This document shows positions 1-12,484 of a stretch of DNA of 64,000 nt, piece by piece. A program made the position numbers and the translations under genes. The stretch is from Camelus dromedarius (Eukaryota). The notes beneath the pieces are model-generated. The model was not told the origin of the DNA. It saw only the letters and a program-made list of their open reading frames with translations, and searched no databases. Location: NCBI RefSeq assembly GCF_036321535.1, contig NC_087436.1:104286001-104350000 (forward strand), read 5' to 3'. Position 1 is the first letter of the stretch, and every line of letters begins with the position of its first letter.

Positions 1-324
1 TATATAGGTCTTGAATCTCTTACTTGCAATTCTAAATTACAAAAAGCTTTGAAAACAGTTTTCTCATTACTGTTTTCTTTCTGGAACTTCAGGCTATCTT
101 ATAAAATTGAGAAATAGTTATTAACTTATTAGATTACAAATCAGAACAAAAAGATATATTTAAAAGAAAAACATTTTTAAAGAAAAGCAGAGTCCCACAT
201 CAAACTTTGAATTCCTTAAGGTAAGAATGCTTTTAGAAAACTTTTATCACTAGCAAAGTGTCTAGCACATAGTTGGTACTCAATATATATATATTGTTAG
301 AATGAACATTAAAAAAGAAGAATT

Positions 325-720
325 GAGATTTATTCCATTTAATAAAGACATGCTGAGCACCTTTCTCATGCCAGTCATTATGCTAGGTGTAGAAGACAGT
401 AGACCAAGACAGACACAGTCTTTTCCTGCCTTCATGAAACTCAGATTTAGTGGGGAAGGCAAACATTTAAATAATACAAAAGCTAAAGTTCCAGGTACTA
501 TGGATCACCAAAAAAGGAGTACCTAAATTAAACTGGGAGGTTACTGAAGACCTATAAAACTTAGACAGTCATGGCTGAAGGGTAGAGGGTGAAGAACAGT
601 GCTATCAAGCTTTTAGGCCTAATTAAGGATTTTATACATTTTTCTAAGGGCAATGAGAAGCACTGAAGGGTTTTTAACAAAGGAGTGATACCTCATTCCA
701 ACTTTTAAAGAACACTCAGG
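325..720 (-). mobile_element. L2 LINE 3' fragment
   Basis: '...ctgagcacctttctcatgccag...tgctaggtgtagaagaca...cctgccttcatgaaactcagatttagtgggga' resembles the reverse-complemented L2 3' end. Confidence 0.6.
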
Positions 721-799
721 CTTCTATTTACTGAGCACTTACTATGTGCCAGGCATATTATCTTGTTCAATCCTCACAAAACAGGCCCTGTATTTCCAA

Positions 800-3766
800 G
801 TTGTATGGAGGAGCTGGTGGCTGGTCAGTATCCCTATGTAGAAAAAACAGTAGAGCCAAACAAACAAGCAAACAAAAATCCAACCATCTGAGGACAGAAG
901 AGGGTTGCTGAGAGAACAAGAACTGGAGTGAACAGAAAGGGAAAAATCCTGTGAGACAAACTGCCTTCTGCAGCCATGTTTTCCCTGGGATCGTTATTCT
1001 GAGCATGAACAGAAAACCAAGAATCAGGTCAAACCCAGTACGAAGCCTGATGGAGGGCTCATAGGATGGATAGAGAAATAAGCAGAGCTTTGGCAGAGAC
1101 TTAAGATCTTATGCACATGGCCAGTTTTCTCAAGCAATTCTTTAAACACTAGAACTCTGTGGGGTGGAAGACTAAAAACCTAACCAGAAAACCTGTGAAA
1201 AAAGTTTTTTAGCAGTCTGACAAGAAGAACGTTAGCGTTCAGGACCCAAGAGAGAAAATGATCCTTAGAATTTATCAAATTATTTGTTGAAAACTTAGGA
1301 GAGCCAGGAAAGAACCATTCGAAGAGCAAGCCTGAAAGTAAAACTCAGCCTCAACCCAGCACACTCCTAACTGGATTAATGGAATCAGTCACAAGACTAT
1401 CTGCCCAGCAGAGAGGAGGGTAAACCCTCAATAAAGAAAGGTATCAGCAAATCTCAAACTCCCAACATACATGTATGGCTGAAACACTATACTGTACACC
1501 AGAAATTGACACAACATTGTAAACTGACAATACTTCAATTAAAACATAAATTTTAAAAATCCAAAGGGGGAAAAAAACGAAAGATATCAGAAGGAGGCAT
1601 TACAATTTTTCAGACTCAATGGCATCAAATAAAAATTAATAGGCATGCCAACAGACAAAATCAGACGAACAAAATCTAAGAGAAAATAACATAAAATAAC
1701 CATAGACAGAGATCCATATGTGATCCAGATATTAGTGTTAACTGACAAAGACTTTAAAATAATTACGAGTTATATTTTTTAAACGAGAAAAACTGGACAA
1801 AGTAGATGAAAAGCAGATAATTTTACCTGAGAATTGGAATCAATAAAAGACAACTATCTGGAAATTTTAGAACTGAAAAATACACTAAATGTAAATAAGA
1901 ATTCGTTAGATGGATTTAACAAGAGATGTAAAATAGCATAAAACAAGATTAGTGAATTGAAAGCAAATCAAAAGAAAATAACCAAATTGAAGCACAAAGG
2001 AAAAAAATAATACAAAATAAAAAGAATACTAGAGATCAGTGGAACTCAGTGAAATATATAACATGAATAAATTGGAGCCTCAGAAAGAAAGGAGAGAGAA
2101 AAATGTGGCAGAACAAATATTTGAACAGATAATGACCAAGGATTTCCAAAACTGGAGAAAGATATCAATCCCAGATTTAAGAAGCCCCTGAAACTCAAAC
2201 CAGAATAAATTAATATTTATAATTATTAGTAATATATAATATTATTATATATTATTGATAATTAATAAATTATTGTTATTATTCAAGGAACAATAACAAC
2301 ACACCAAGGTACATCTTAACAAGACTGCTAAAAAGCAAAGACAAAAAGAAAATGTTAAAACAGCCAGGGTGAGGGTTGGGGACACACCTTAAATGGGTAA
2401 TAAAAAGCCTAATGGCTGACTTCATGACAGAAAACAAAGAAGCCAAAAGACAATGAAATGTCTGTCTCAACATGCTAAAAAAAAAAAAAAATTACTGCCA
2501 ACTTTGAAATCTGTATGCAGAAAAAAAATCCTTCAGAAGTAAAGATGAAATAAAGACATCATCAGACAAATAAAACTGAGGAGCTTGTCACCAGGAAACC
2601 TGTACTAAAAGAAATAACAAAAAAGAGCTTATAGTAGAAGAGGAATAATCCAAAGGTAAATGTGGAAATGTAGGATGAGAAACAAAAAGGATAAAATTTG
2701 GTTAAAAACAAGTAAGTGTTGACTAAATACTGATGCTTCAAAACAATAATAGCAATGTCTTGTGGAATTTAAAATAAAATGCATGACAAAAATAACAGAA
2801 GAAAAGAGGTGTAAATAAGTAAAGTGTTCTAAGTTCTAGCATTACATTATAGGGAAATTGTAAAAGTAATAATTTGTACAAGACTATAATTAATCAATAA
2901 TAAATGCTATAACCTCTAATGATAGGTACTTAAAGAACAATAAAACGATGTGTAACTATCACATTAATGGAGGTGAAATTAGAACAACAAATATATTTGA
3001 ATAATATTTGAATAATCAAAAAGAAAGCTAGAAAAGAGAGAAAATAGTATATGAGGCAAATGTATCAAATTTAAAATAACAAATATTAAGACCAAAAATA
3101 TAAAACCCAATATATTGGCAAATTCATTAAATGTAAATATACTTAATAATAAAATTAAAATATTTGTCAGCCTGGATTTTAAAAACAACTATATGATGTT
3201 GATGCAGAAAGGCTGAAAATGAAAGTATGGAAGAAATCATACCATGCAAACACTAACCAAAAAAAAAAAAAAAGGTTATCAATATACTAACATCAGACAA
3301 AATAGACTTTAGGGCAAGAAACTTATTAGAGATAATGAAGAACATTTCATAATGATTAAGGGGCTAATCCATCAGGAAGATATCACAATATAAATCTGTA
3401 TACAACCAATAAAATAGCCTTAAAATTAAAAAATAAAATAATTGAGAGCATTAAAAGAAACAGACAAATACATAACCATGGTGGGAGATTTAAATATATT
3501 TCTTTGAATAGCTGGTAAAAAGCAGAAAAAAGTTCAATAAGATTATAGAAAAACTGAAAGGCATAATTGACACCTGGACCTTAGTGGCTTATATAGATAA
3601 CCTGATCCAACAGTGACAATATACACATTCCTTACAAGTACAAGAGGAACAGGAAGCAAAATTGACTATATACTGGACTGTAAAGCAAGCCTCAACACAT
3701 TTTTAAAAATTTAATCAGTCAGAGAATGTTCTCTGACAACAGACTTTAAGCTGGAAATCAATAACA
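800..3766 (+). mobile_element. Ancient L1 (L1M-type): 5' region, ORF1 and ORF2 endonuclease relic
   Basis: A-rich strand. ORF1-like text at about 1650-2600. EN-like 'atggaagaaatcataccatgcaaacactaacc' and 'gggagatttaaat'. All frames are broken. Confidence 0.8.
1448..1575 (+). mobile_element. Short L1 3'-tail insertion
   Basis: 'tactgtacaccagaaattgacacaacattgtaaactgacaatacttcaatt'. Imperfect TSD AAAGAAAGGTATCAG (1433) / AACGAAAGATATCAG (1576). Confidence 0.7.
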
Positions 3767-5773
3767 ATGACAGGATACAATACATATAAAATCCCAAAGA
3801 CACACCAGAAAACTACTAAAGCTCATCAATGAATTCAGTGAAGTTGCAGGATACAAAATTCACATAGAAATCTGTTGCATTTCTATACACTAACAGCAAA
3901 ATATCAGAAAGAAAAATTAAGGAAACTATCCCAGTTACCATCACATCAAAAAGAATAAAATTCCTAGAAATAAATCTACCTAAGGAGGCAAAAAATCTAT
4001 ACTCAGAAAACTCAGAAGACACTGATGAAAGAAATTGAAGACGACAAAAACAGATGGAAAGATATACTATGTTCTTGGATTGGAAGAATCAATATTGTTA
4101 AAATGACCATACTACCCAAGGCAATCTACAGATTCAATGCAATCTCTATCAAATTACCAATGGCATTTTTCACAGAACTGGAATAAAAAACTTTTAAATT
4201 TGTATGAAACACAAAAGACCCCAAATAGCCAAAACAATCTTGAGAAAGAAAAATGGAACTGGAGGAATCATGCTCCTTGACTTCAGACTGTACTACAAAG
4301 CTACAGTGTCACAAAAACAGAGAGATCACTGGAACAGGATAGAGAGCCCAGAAGTAAACCCACACACTTATCATGGTCAATTAATCTACAACAAAGGACA
4401 CAAGAATATACAACAGAAAAAAGACAGTCTCTTCAATAAGTGGTGCTGGGAAAAGTACACAGCTACACATAAAAGAATGAAATTAGAACATTCTCTAATA
4501 CCATATACAAAAATAAACCCAAAATGGATTAAAGACCTAAATGTAAGCCTAGATACTATAACTTCTAGAGGAAAACAGGCAGAACACTCTTTGATGTAAG
4601 TCACAGCAATATTTTTTTGGATCCCTCTCCTAAAGTAGAGAAAATAAAAGCAAAAATAAACAAACATGATCTAATTAAACTTAGAAGCTTTTGCACAGCA
4701 AAGGAAACCATAAACAAAATGAAAAGACAACCTACTGAATGGGAGAAGATATTTGCAAATGATATGACCGATAAAGGATTAATATCCAACATATGCAAAT
4801 AGTTTATACAACTCAACATCAAAAAAACAAACAACCCAATCAAAAAATGGGCAGAAGAACTGAACAGACATTTTTCCAAAGAGGACATACAGATGGTCAA
4901 TAGGCACATGAAAAGATGCTCAACATCACTAATCCTCCGAGAAATGCAAATCAGAATCACAGTGAGATAACACCTCACACCTGTCAGAATGACTATCCTC
5001 AAAAAGAACACAAACGTTGGTGAGGATGTGGAGAAAAGGGAACCCTTGTACACTGTTGGTGGAAGTGTAAATTGGTGCAGTCACTGTGGAAAACAGTATG
5101 GAGGTTTCTCAAAAATCTAAAAATGGAACTACTACCTGACCCAGCAATTCCACTCCTGGGCATATATCTGGAAGAAAAAACAAAAAAAAAAAACAAAAAA
5201 CAAGGACACTAATTAAAAACAGCAGCATTATTTACAATCACCAAGATAGGAAGCAACCTAAAAGTTCATCAACAAATGAATGGATAAAGATGTGGGTGTG
5301 TTTGTGTGTGTGTGTGTATGTGTGAGTGTGTATGGTGTACTACTCAGCCATAAAAAGAATGAAATTTTGCCATTTGCTGCAACATGCATGGACTTGTAGA
5401 GCATTATGCTAAATGAAATAAGTCAGACAGAGAACGATAATTACAGTATGATATCACTTATATGTGAAATGTAAGAAATAAAACAAACTAGTGAATATAA
5501 CAAAATAGAAAGACTCACAGATATAGAAAACAAACCAGTGATCACCAGTAGGGACGGGAAGGGAGGAGGGGCAATACAGGGGTAGGAGACTAAAAGGTAC
5601 AAACTCAAACTATTAGGTATAAAATAAGCTACAAGGATATACTGTACAACATGGTGAATATAGCCAATGGTTTATAATAACTATAAATGGAGTATAACCT
5701 TTAAAAATTGTGAATCACTATATTGTACATCTTTAATTTATATAATATTGTACAGCAACTATGCTTCAAAAAA
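3767..5773 (+). mobile_element. Younger 5'-truncated L1 (ORF2 from the RT ADD motif to 3' UTR/polyA) nested in the older L1
   Basis: ORFs 4204-4599 and 4617-4802 translate to L1 ORF2 C-terminal peptide ([24 protein letters not shown]). The 3' UTR ends in an A-tail. The older L1 resumes at about 5786. Confidence 0.92.
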
Positions 5774-5785
5774 AGTACAAAAAAG

Positions 5786-6420
5786 AAGCAAATATCTCAA
5801 CTGTTTGGAAATTAAGCAATGTACTTCAGGATAACCCTTGGGCCAAATTTTTAAAATGACAAAAAAAAGTTACAGAATGTTTTAAACAAAAGGACAGTAA
5901 AATTATGACTCACTAAAACAGTGGAATGTAGTTAAAGTAATGCTTAGGGGAAAAAATCATAACCTTAAATATATATTTTAGAAAAGAAAAAAGTCTTGAA
6001 AACTATGATCTAAGCTTCTATCTCAAGAAACTAAAAAAAAGAAAAGAACAGCAAATCAATCCCCAAGAAAGTAGGAGAAAATTAGTAATAAAGATATGAT
6101 CCAAAATTAAGAGAAAATCAGCAAAGCCAAAATTGGTTCTTTGATGAGATTAGTAAAATTGATAAACCTACAGCAAAACTGTTTCAAAGTATATATGCAC
6201 ACAAATTTTCATTATCAGAAATTGTGATAGACTTTTCATACATTAAAAAGAAAGAAAAGTTCATTATAAACAACTTTAAGCCAATAATTTATATCATTTA
6301 AATGAAATAAACAAATTCTTTGAAAAACACAACTTACCAAAACTGACAATAGAAGATACAGAAAATCTGAATACTTCTATATCTATTAAAATTGAATTTC
6401 TTCCTTAAAATCTTACCAAC
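5786..6420 (+). mobile_element. Ancient L1 ORF2, continuation
   Basis: 'tttggaaattaagcaat...ataacccttggg' and 'gccaaaattggttctttga' continue the host L1 ORF2. Confidence 0.75.
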
Positions 6421-7256
6421 ACAATATTGAAGGACAAAGTTGGAGGACTGACAACTTCAACTTATTATAAAGCTACCAAAATCAAGACAGTGCATAATGC
6501 TGAAAAAATAGACAAACAGATGAATAGAATCCAGGAATCAGGTTCCTTGGTATTTACCCAAATTCGTTGAAAATTTATGTCAATACAAAAATCTACCCAT
6601 AATGTTTACAGTAGTCTTATTTATAACTGTCAAACTTGGAAGCAACCAAGATGTCCTTCAATAGGTAGGTGGATGCATAAACAAACTGATACATTCACAC
6701 AATAAATACTATTCAGAGAGAAAAAGGCTATCAAGACACAAAAAGACATACAGTAAATACAGATTGCTACGTGAAAGAAGCCACTTTGTAAATGCTACAT
6801 ACTGTATGATTCCAATTATACCACATTCTTAAAGGCAAAACTACAGTCAGTAAAAAACCAAGTGGTTGCCAGGGGCTTGGGAGAAGGGGGAGGGATGAGT
6901 AGGTGGGGCACAGAGGATTTTTAGGGCAGTGAAACTATTGTGTAAGATACTGGAATAGTAGATACACGGTATTATACATTTGTAAAAACCCACAGAACCC
7001 ACATACAGGATTCAACACAAGGGCAAATCCTAATGTAAACTGTGGACTTTATCTAATAATAATGTATTGATATTGATTAGCTCACCAATAGTAACAAATG
7101 TACCACACTAATAAATGCAAGATGTTAATAATATGGGAAATTGTGTGTAAGGAGAGAGGATGTATGGGAACTCTGTACCTTCTGCTCAATTTTTCTGGAA
7201 GCCTAAAACCATTCTAAAAAATAGTCAACCAATTTGAAACAAAACAAAACAAAAAA
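6421..7256 (+). mobile_element. L1MC-like 3' fragment nested in the host L1
   Basis: 3' UTR text 'gtatgggaactctgtaccttctgctcaatttttctggaagcctaaaaccattctaaaaaatag' plus an (AAAAC)n tail. Host ORF2 resumes at about 7257. Confidence 0.7.
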
Positions 7257-10200
7257 ACTTTCCCAAAAGAAAATCTGAGACACAGGCTTCAATGGAGAAT
7301 TCTTCCCAACATTTAAGAAAGAAATAACACACTCTCATAACACTCTTGCAGCAAACAGAAGAGAAACAAAGAGGGAACACTTTCCTACAATTTTATCAGG
7401 CCAGGGTAACCTTGATATAAAACTTGTCAAAGACATTACAAGAAAGAAAAATTACAGACCAATCTTGTCCACAGACATAAATGCAATCCTTCAACACTTA
7501 TAACCGGAGTTCTGCTAATGCATAGGATGTGGAAAGCCATAACAAGAGATGTCACTTCCACCTTAACAATAAGAAAAAGCTATATAATCTACAAAATCAT
7601 AACTTTTGAACCCATCAGAAAAATGAGGTTTTAAGACAATTGAGTGAACTAACTTCCAAAGAGTAACAAGCCCCTCCAAAGAGATGGGATTCCAAACTAC
7701 TTCATGCTTGGCAAAGCACAGAAAGAAAAGAAAGCAACCATACCAGCAAGAAGGAAGAAATCAGCTAAAATTATAAGTCCCTTATGGACTAGCTGTGGGC
7801 TAGCATGTCAGTTTAGAAACACTGGGAGCTCAAAACACAAGGGAAATTCATACTCGCTTGTGTGCTCTTTTCCATGGGTCTCCACCAGGTGCCCACACAA
7901 AATACTGGCGGCAGAGCAGGGAACTGCAGAGAGCCCCTTTCTGTGGCACAGGTGTGCAAGAGAGGATAGGTTACCATTACAAAACAAGCATACAACAGTG
8001 CCACCTTGCCCAAACTCTCCTCTCATTTGAGGAAAAGGCCTTAAACCTCTAGGGGAGGCAACAATTCATTGCTTCTGGGGGTGAGACAGATGCAAAAACT
8101 GTCTTCCTCATGGAAAGGTAAGAAAACTCTCGCAGGCCCAGAATCTTACACCAGTATAAAGTAGAGGCAAACCAGCACTAGGGAGGGGCAGGAGTCTCTC
8201 CTTCACCAGTCACCTGCCACAAGGCAGAGTCTGGCTGCCAAAAGCAGAAGAGAAATGAGCACTGTCAAAGACCCATCCCCAGCGCACCTGGGCTAAGACA
8301 GGACCAGGAAAACAGAATGCCTGTACCTACAGCGAACTTTAAGACTGAGTAACAACAGACGACTGCTGAGGAAGGGATCAGAGGATGCAGAGAGACTTCC
8401 CTCTGTGGCACAGGCGAGCAGAGACAAAGGAAAGCTGAGGACATAGTAGAAACACTGAGAAAAACCCTCAGTACCCCAGGGAGTTATTGGGGCCTGCAGA
8501 ATTCTTTGTGGCCCCATGAAGTTTCAGGAACCCACTGAATTTGAAGCCTGTGGCACACTGAAGCTAATGACAGCAATAACAAAACTCAAGCCTAACTTGA
8601 CTCTTGGCTGTACTGACTGAAGCCTCCACACTCAGTAGGGTTGTAGAACTCTTGAACAAAACTGTCTGTCTACTTGACCTAACTGACATGTGTGGAACAG
8701 CAACAGCAGAATGCTCACGCTTTTCAAGTGCACATGGAACATTTAACAAGATAAATAACCTGAATGGCCTTGCACATGTTTTTTAAGTGAAACTTTTTAT
8801 TTAATACGTTCCCACAGAGAATACTGCAGGCCCCAATAACATTAGTGGGAATTCTACCAAACATTTAAGGAAGAAATAATATTAATTCTACACACATTCT
8901 TCCAGAAAATAGGAGCCAGAGGAACACTTCTCTGTGTTTAAGAGATCAGCATTACCTGATATAAACCTAAACAAAGATATTAAAGTAAAACTGTAAATTA
9001 ATATCCTTTATAAAAATATAAAATCTTCAACAAAATATTAGCTAATTGAATCAAGAATTATAGAAGGACAATGCATCATAACCAAGTGGAATTTATCTCA
9101 GGAATGCAAAACTGGTTCAACATTCAAATCAATCAGTATACTAACCATATCAACATATTTTTAAAAATCATGAGCATATATTATATCTACAGATACAAAA
9201 GAAGTATTTAACAAAATTCAACATCAATTCATAAGAAACCCAGAAATACAAGAGAGCTTCTTCAACCTAATAAAAAGTATCTATAAATATGAAAACAAAT
9301 ATATGTATGTATGTGCATGACTGGGACATTGTACTCTACACCAGAAACTGACACATTGTAACTGACTGTATTTCAATTTTAAAAAGTATCTATACAACAT
9401 TGCACTGGGGGCACTAGCCAGTGCAAGAAAAAGAACTAAAAGGTATACATATTGGAGAGGAAGAAGTTATTATAACTAACAAGGAAGTTTAGTAAGGTCG
9501 CAGGATACATAGTAAATATACAAATATCAGTTTTATTTCTGTTTACTAACAATAAACAATTGAAAACTGAAATGAGGAAAAAAAATCAGCATTTATAATG
9601 GTATCAAAAAATATGAAATACTTAGGGGAAAATCTTAACAAAATATATGCAATATTTGTATACTGGACTATAAAACACTGACAAGAAAAAAACAAAGATA
9701 TAAATAAATGGAGAGATAAAGCATGTTCACAGGCTAGAAAATTCAATATTGTGAAGATGTCAGTTCTCCCCAAATTGATCTATGGATTCAACATAACCCC
9801 AATGCAAATCCAAGCAAGTTTTTGTAATAAGATGATTGCAAGTTTTGTAATCATTACAAGATGATTCTAAAATTTATATGGTAAAGCAAAGAGCCTAGAG
9901 TAGCCAAAGCAATTTTGAAAAAGAGGAACAAAGTTGGAGAACTAATCACCTGATTTCAAAACTTACTAGAAAGTTACAAAAATCAGAATAGTGTGATATG
10001 AACATAATAATAGATAAATAGATCAATGGAACAAAACAGAGTGTCATAAATTGTGTGTGTGTACTAAATCAATTTTCAACAAAGGTGCCTAGGAAATTAG
10101 CAGAGATAATATAGATTTGTCAACAAGTAAGTACTAGAAATAGATACAATATTGGACATCCACATGCAAAAACAAAAGCAAACAAACAAACAAAAATCTT

Positions 10201-11200
10201 TACATTACATCATACACAAAAATTAACTAAAAATGGATCACACATCTAAATGTAAAAGCTAACATAGAAGAAAATTTTAGAACAAAACATAGAAGAAAAA
10301 TTTTGAGACCCTGGTGTAGATTCTTAGGTAAAGCACAAAAAGCACATGTCATAAAAAAATGGATAAAATTGTATGTCATCAAAAGTAAAAATTTCAGCTC
10401 TTTGAAAGACCCAGGTAAGAAAATGGAAAGATAAACCACAGCCTGGGAGAAAATATTTGAAGATGTATCTCTGATAAAGGACTTGTGTCATATATAAAGA
10501 ATACTTACAATTCAACAATAAGAGAACAAACAATTTTTTTAATGGGCAAAAGATTTCGACAGACTACTTCACTAAAGGAGATAAAAAACATATGATAAGA
10601 TGCCTAAAACCTTTGGTCATTAAGCAAATACAATTAAAGCCATAATGGGATATCATCACACTCCTACTAGAGGAGTGTAATTAATAAAAATTAATTAATT
10701 AAAAACTGACATCAAGCACAAGTAAGGATGTAGAGCAACTGAAACTCTCAAAATTGCTAGTGGAAATGCAAAATGATACAGCCACTTTGGAAAAGTCTGG
10801 CAGTTTCTTATAGAATTACACGTACACTTACCAAACAACTCAGCAATTCCACTCCTAGGAAGTGGAATTGAAGAAGGAAAGGAAAACAAATAGAAGGAAA
10901 ACAAATATTTAAACAAAAACCTATACCAGAAAGAATATATCAGCTTTACTCATAATCTCTACAGCCTGCAACAACCCATAACTCTGTAACTGAAAATGCT
11001 GAGCAATCAATGAATAGATCAACAAAATGCAGTACATCCAAACACTGAAATACTACTCAACAATAAAAAGGAACAGAACTACTGACATACCAACAACGTG
11101 GATGAATATCAAAAGCATAATGCAAAATGACAGAAATCAGGCACAAAAATTTACAAACTGCATGATTCTATTTATGACTTTCTCAAAAAAGGCAAAGATC
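7257..11200 (+). mobile_element. Mosaic of old L1 fragments (ORF2, a 5'-UTR-like block at about 7500-8620, ORF2 and 3' UTR)
   Basis: ORF2 motifs 'gaattctaccaaacatttaaggaag', 'caggaatgcaaaactggttcaacatt' and 'gtcagttctccccaaattgatcta'. L1M 3' UTR at about 10900-11200. Confidence 0.75.
9286..9379 (+). mobile_element. 94 bp L1 3'-tail insertion
   Basis: Perfect 15 bp TSD TAAAAAGTATCTATA at 9271-9285 and 9380-9394. The insert resembles the young-L1 3' termini elsewhere in the window. Confidence 0.85.
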
Positions 11201-11696
11201 TCCTGCAATCTCTGCATCCAAAGAACCTAGCACATGAGAAAACTCTCAATAAAAACTGGGTTATATGGGAAATTATTGCAGGGTAGGTAGAGAGCAAGAA
11301 GGTGATAGATTGACTTGAAAGCCAAAAGGAACCTGGGGGCCCAAACCCATCTACAGGACCGAAAAAGTGAAGGAAGGTATAGCCCAACCTACCTCCACTG
11401 ATTCCAGCAGCTTAAAAAATTAGACCCTGTAAAGGACTACAGTATGAATGAATAGTCCCAGCCTTTCTCTGACCTGAAGAAGGGCGTGGTGTGCTCCACC
11501 CTTCTTTAAAATCTATTACCCCAAGCGACAGGCTGAGAAAGTGGAGCGTACACCTGGAAGCGAGGCTTTTCCGTGCCCAGGAGCAGTGCTGGAGAGACCA
11601 GAGGCGGGCTCGGGCTTAGGTCAGCTGGGTGCAGGAGGAGGCGCCGCATCCCGCGGTCCCGCGGGGCTCCGTTCCTTCCCACTCACCCTCACTTAC

Positions 11697-11795
11697 CCAG
11701 GCCTGCCGTTCCAACTGAGCGTACAAATTGGAGCCCTTGAGCTTTTGGACAATCTGAGCAATAATGAGAGACAGATCCGACTCCTCCTGCAACAT
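11697..11795 (-). CDS. TBC1D19: TBC1 domain family member 19, first coding exon (33 codons, phase-0 donor)
   Basis: My translation of the minus strand from the ATG at 11795 gives MLQEESDLSLIIAQIVQKLKGSNLYAQLERQAW, which matches the mammalian TBC1D19 N-terminus as I recall it. It is followed directly by a consensus donor GTAAGT (11696-11691). Kozak -3 is G. It lies in a CpG island and is too short to appear in the supplied ORF track. Confidence 0.93.
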
Positions 11796-11926
11796 TTCCC
11801 CTGTCCTAGCCCGCCAAGCAGCGGGGGCAGGCCGCTAGCGCGGAGAGAACCGGCCACGCCGGGGTCCCACTCAGGGCCAGTGACACTTCTCGGGGACCTT
11901 ATTAGGCTGGGACTCCTCCAGCGAGC

Positions 11927-11939
11927 GTTACCAGGCAAC
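11927..11939. promoter_or_regulatory. RFX X-box motif
   Basis: GTTACC-A-GGCAAC fits the X-box consensus GTNRCC(N0-3)RGYAAC and lies about 130 bp upstream of the ATG. Confidence 0.75.
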
Positions 11940-12355
11940 TGCCGAGCCGTGTGTCCGTTCCTCTCTGGTCCCCCCCGCGCCTGAAGGTCCCAGCACCTGC
12001 GTTCCGCTGGCGGAAGACGACCTGCGGGATTGGGGGAGGGGAATAGCTTTTCATTCCATTGTTCCAGTTTAGTCTATGGTTGAAAGGCAGAAACAGGCGC
12101 TCTTTCCTCCAGAGCCACAGGGCCTCTGATGAACCATGGGAAATCAGAAAGTTGTGTATTTACGTGTTTATAAGGATCATTCCTCTCCCACCTTCCAATT
12201 GATGCAAAAACAGGGCAGTGCACACAGCGACATGGCAAATTACTTTCAAAATTATAAGGTTCTGACACTAGCTGTGTTAACTTGCTTAAATTTTAGAATT
12301 TACGTTTCTGCTTCTGTAAAATAATACCTAATTCACAATGCGAATGAAAACTGTT

Positions 12356-12478
12356 GGGGGGAGGGTATAGCTCAAGTGGGACACATGCCTAACAAGGAAA
12401 AGGTCCTAGATTCAATCCCCAGCACCTCCTCTAAAAATACAAATAAATAAACCTAATTCTACCTCCCCCCCACCCCCC
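12356..12478 (+). mobile_element. tRNA-Ala-derived SINE (camelid vic-1-like)
   Basis: GGGGAGGGTATAGCTCAAGTGG...GATTCAATCCCCAGCACCTCC head, A-rich linker and ACCTAATT...CTCCCCC tail. TSD-like AAAACTGTT / AAAAGCTGTT. Confidence 0.88.
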
Positions 12479-12484
12479 AAAAGC

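Larger units (their letters stand above)
1..11696 (-). other. TBC1D19: TBC1D19 intron 1 (continues beyond the window start)
   Basis: Lies downstream of the GTAAGT donor on the minus strand. No exon-2 peptide (ASLQRPEIKLESLKED...) was found in 1-11690, and the region is nearly all repeats. Confidence 0.8.
11560..12030. promoter_or_regulatory. CpG island / TBC1D19 promoter and 5' UTR
   Basis: The most GC- and CpG-dense stretch in an otherwise AT-rich, CpG-depleted window. It spans exon 1. Confidence 0.88.

Noticed and set aside
4204..5196. Several ORFs as candidate genes
   Set aside because: They are L1 ORF2 fragments and their antisense shadows, broken by stops and frameshifts.
7704..8052. 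Overlapping ORFs on both strands
   Set aside because: They fall in an old L1 5'-UTR-like block and have no recognisable protein features.
11541..11984. 147 aa (+) and 81 aa (-) ORFs over the CpG island
   Set aside because: They start at GTG/TTG and reflect GC-rich stop depletion. The real coding frame is the 33-codon minus-strand exon. I found no upstream ATG between 11796 and about 12050.
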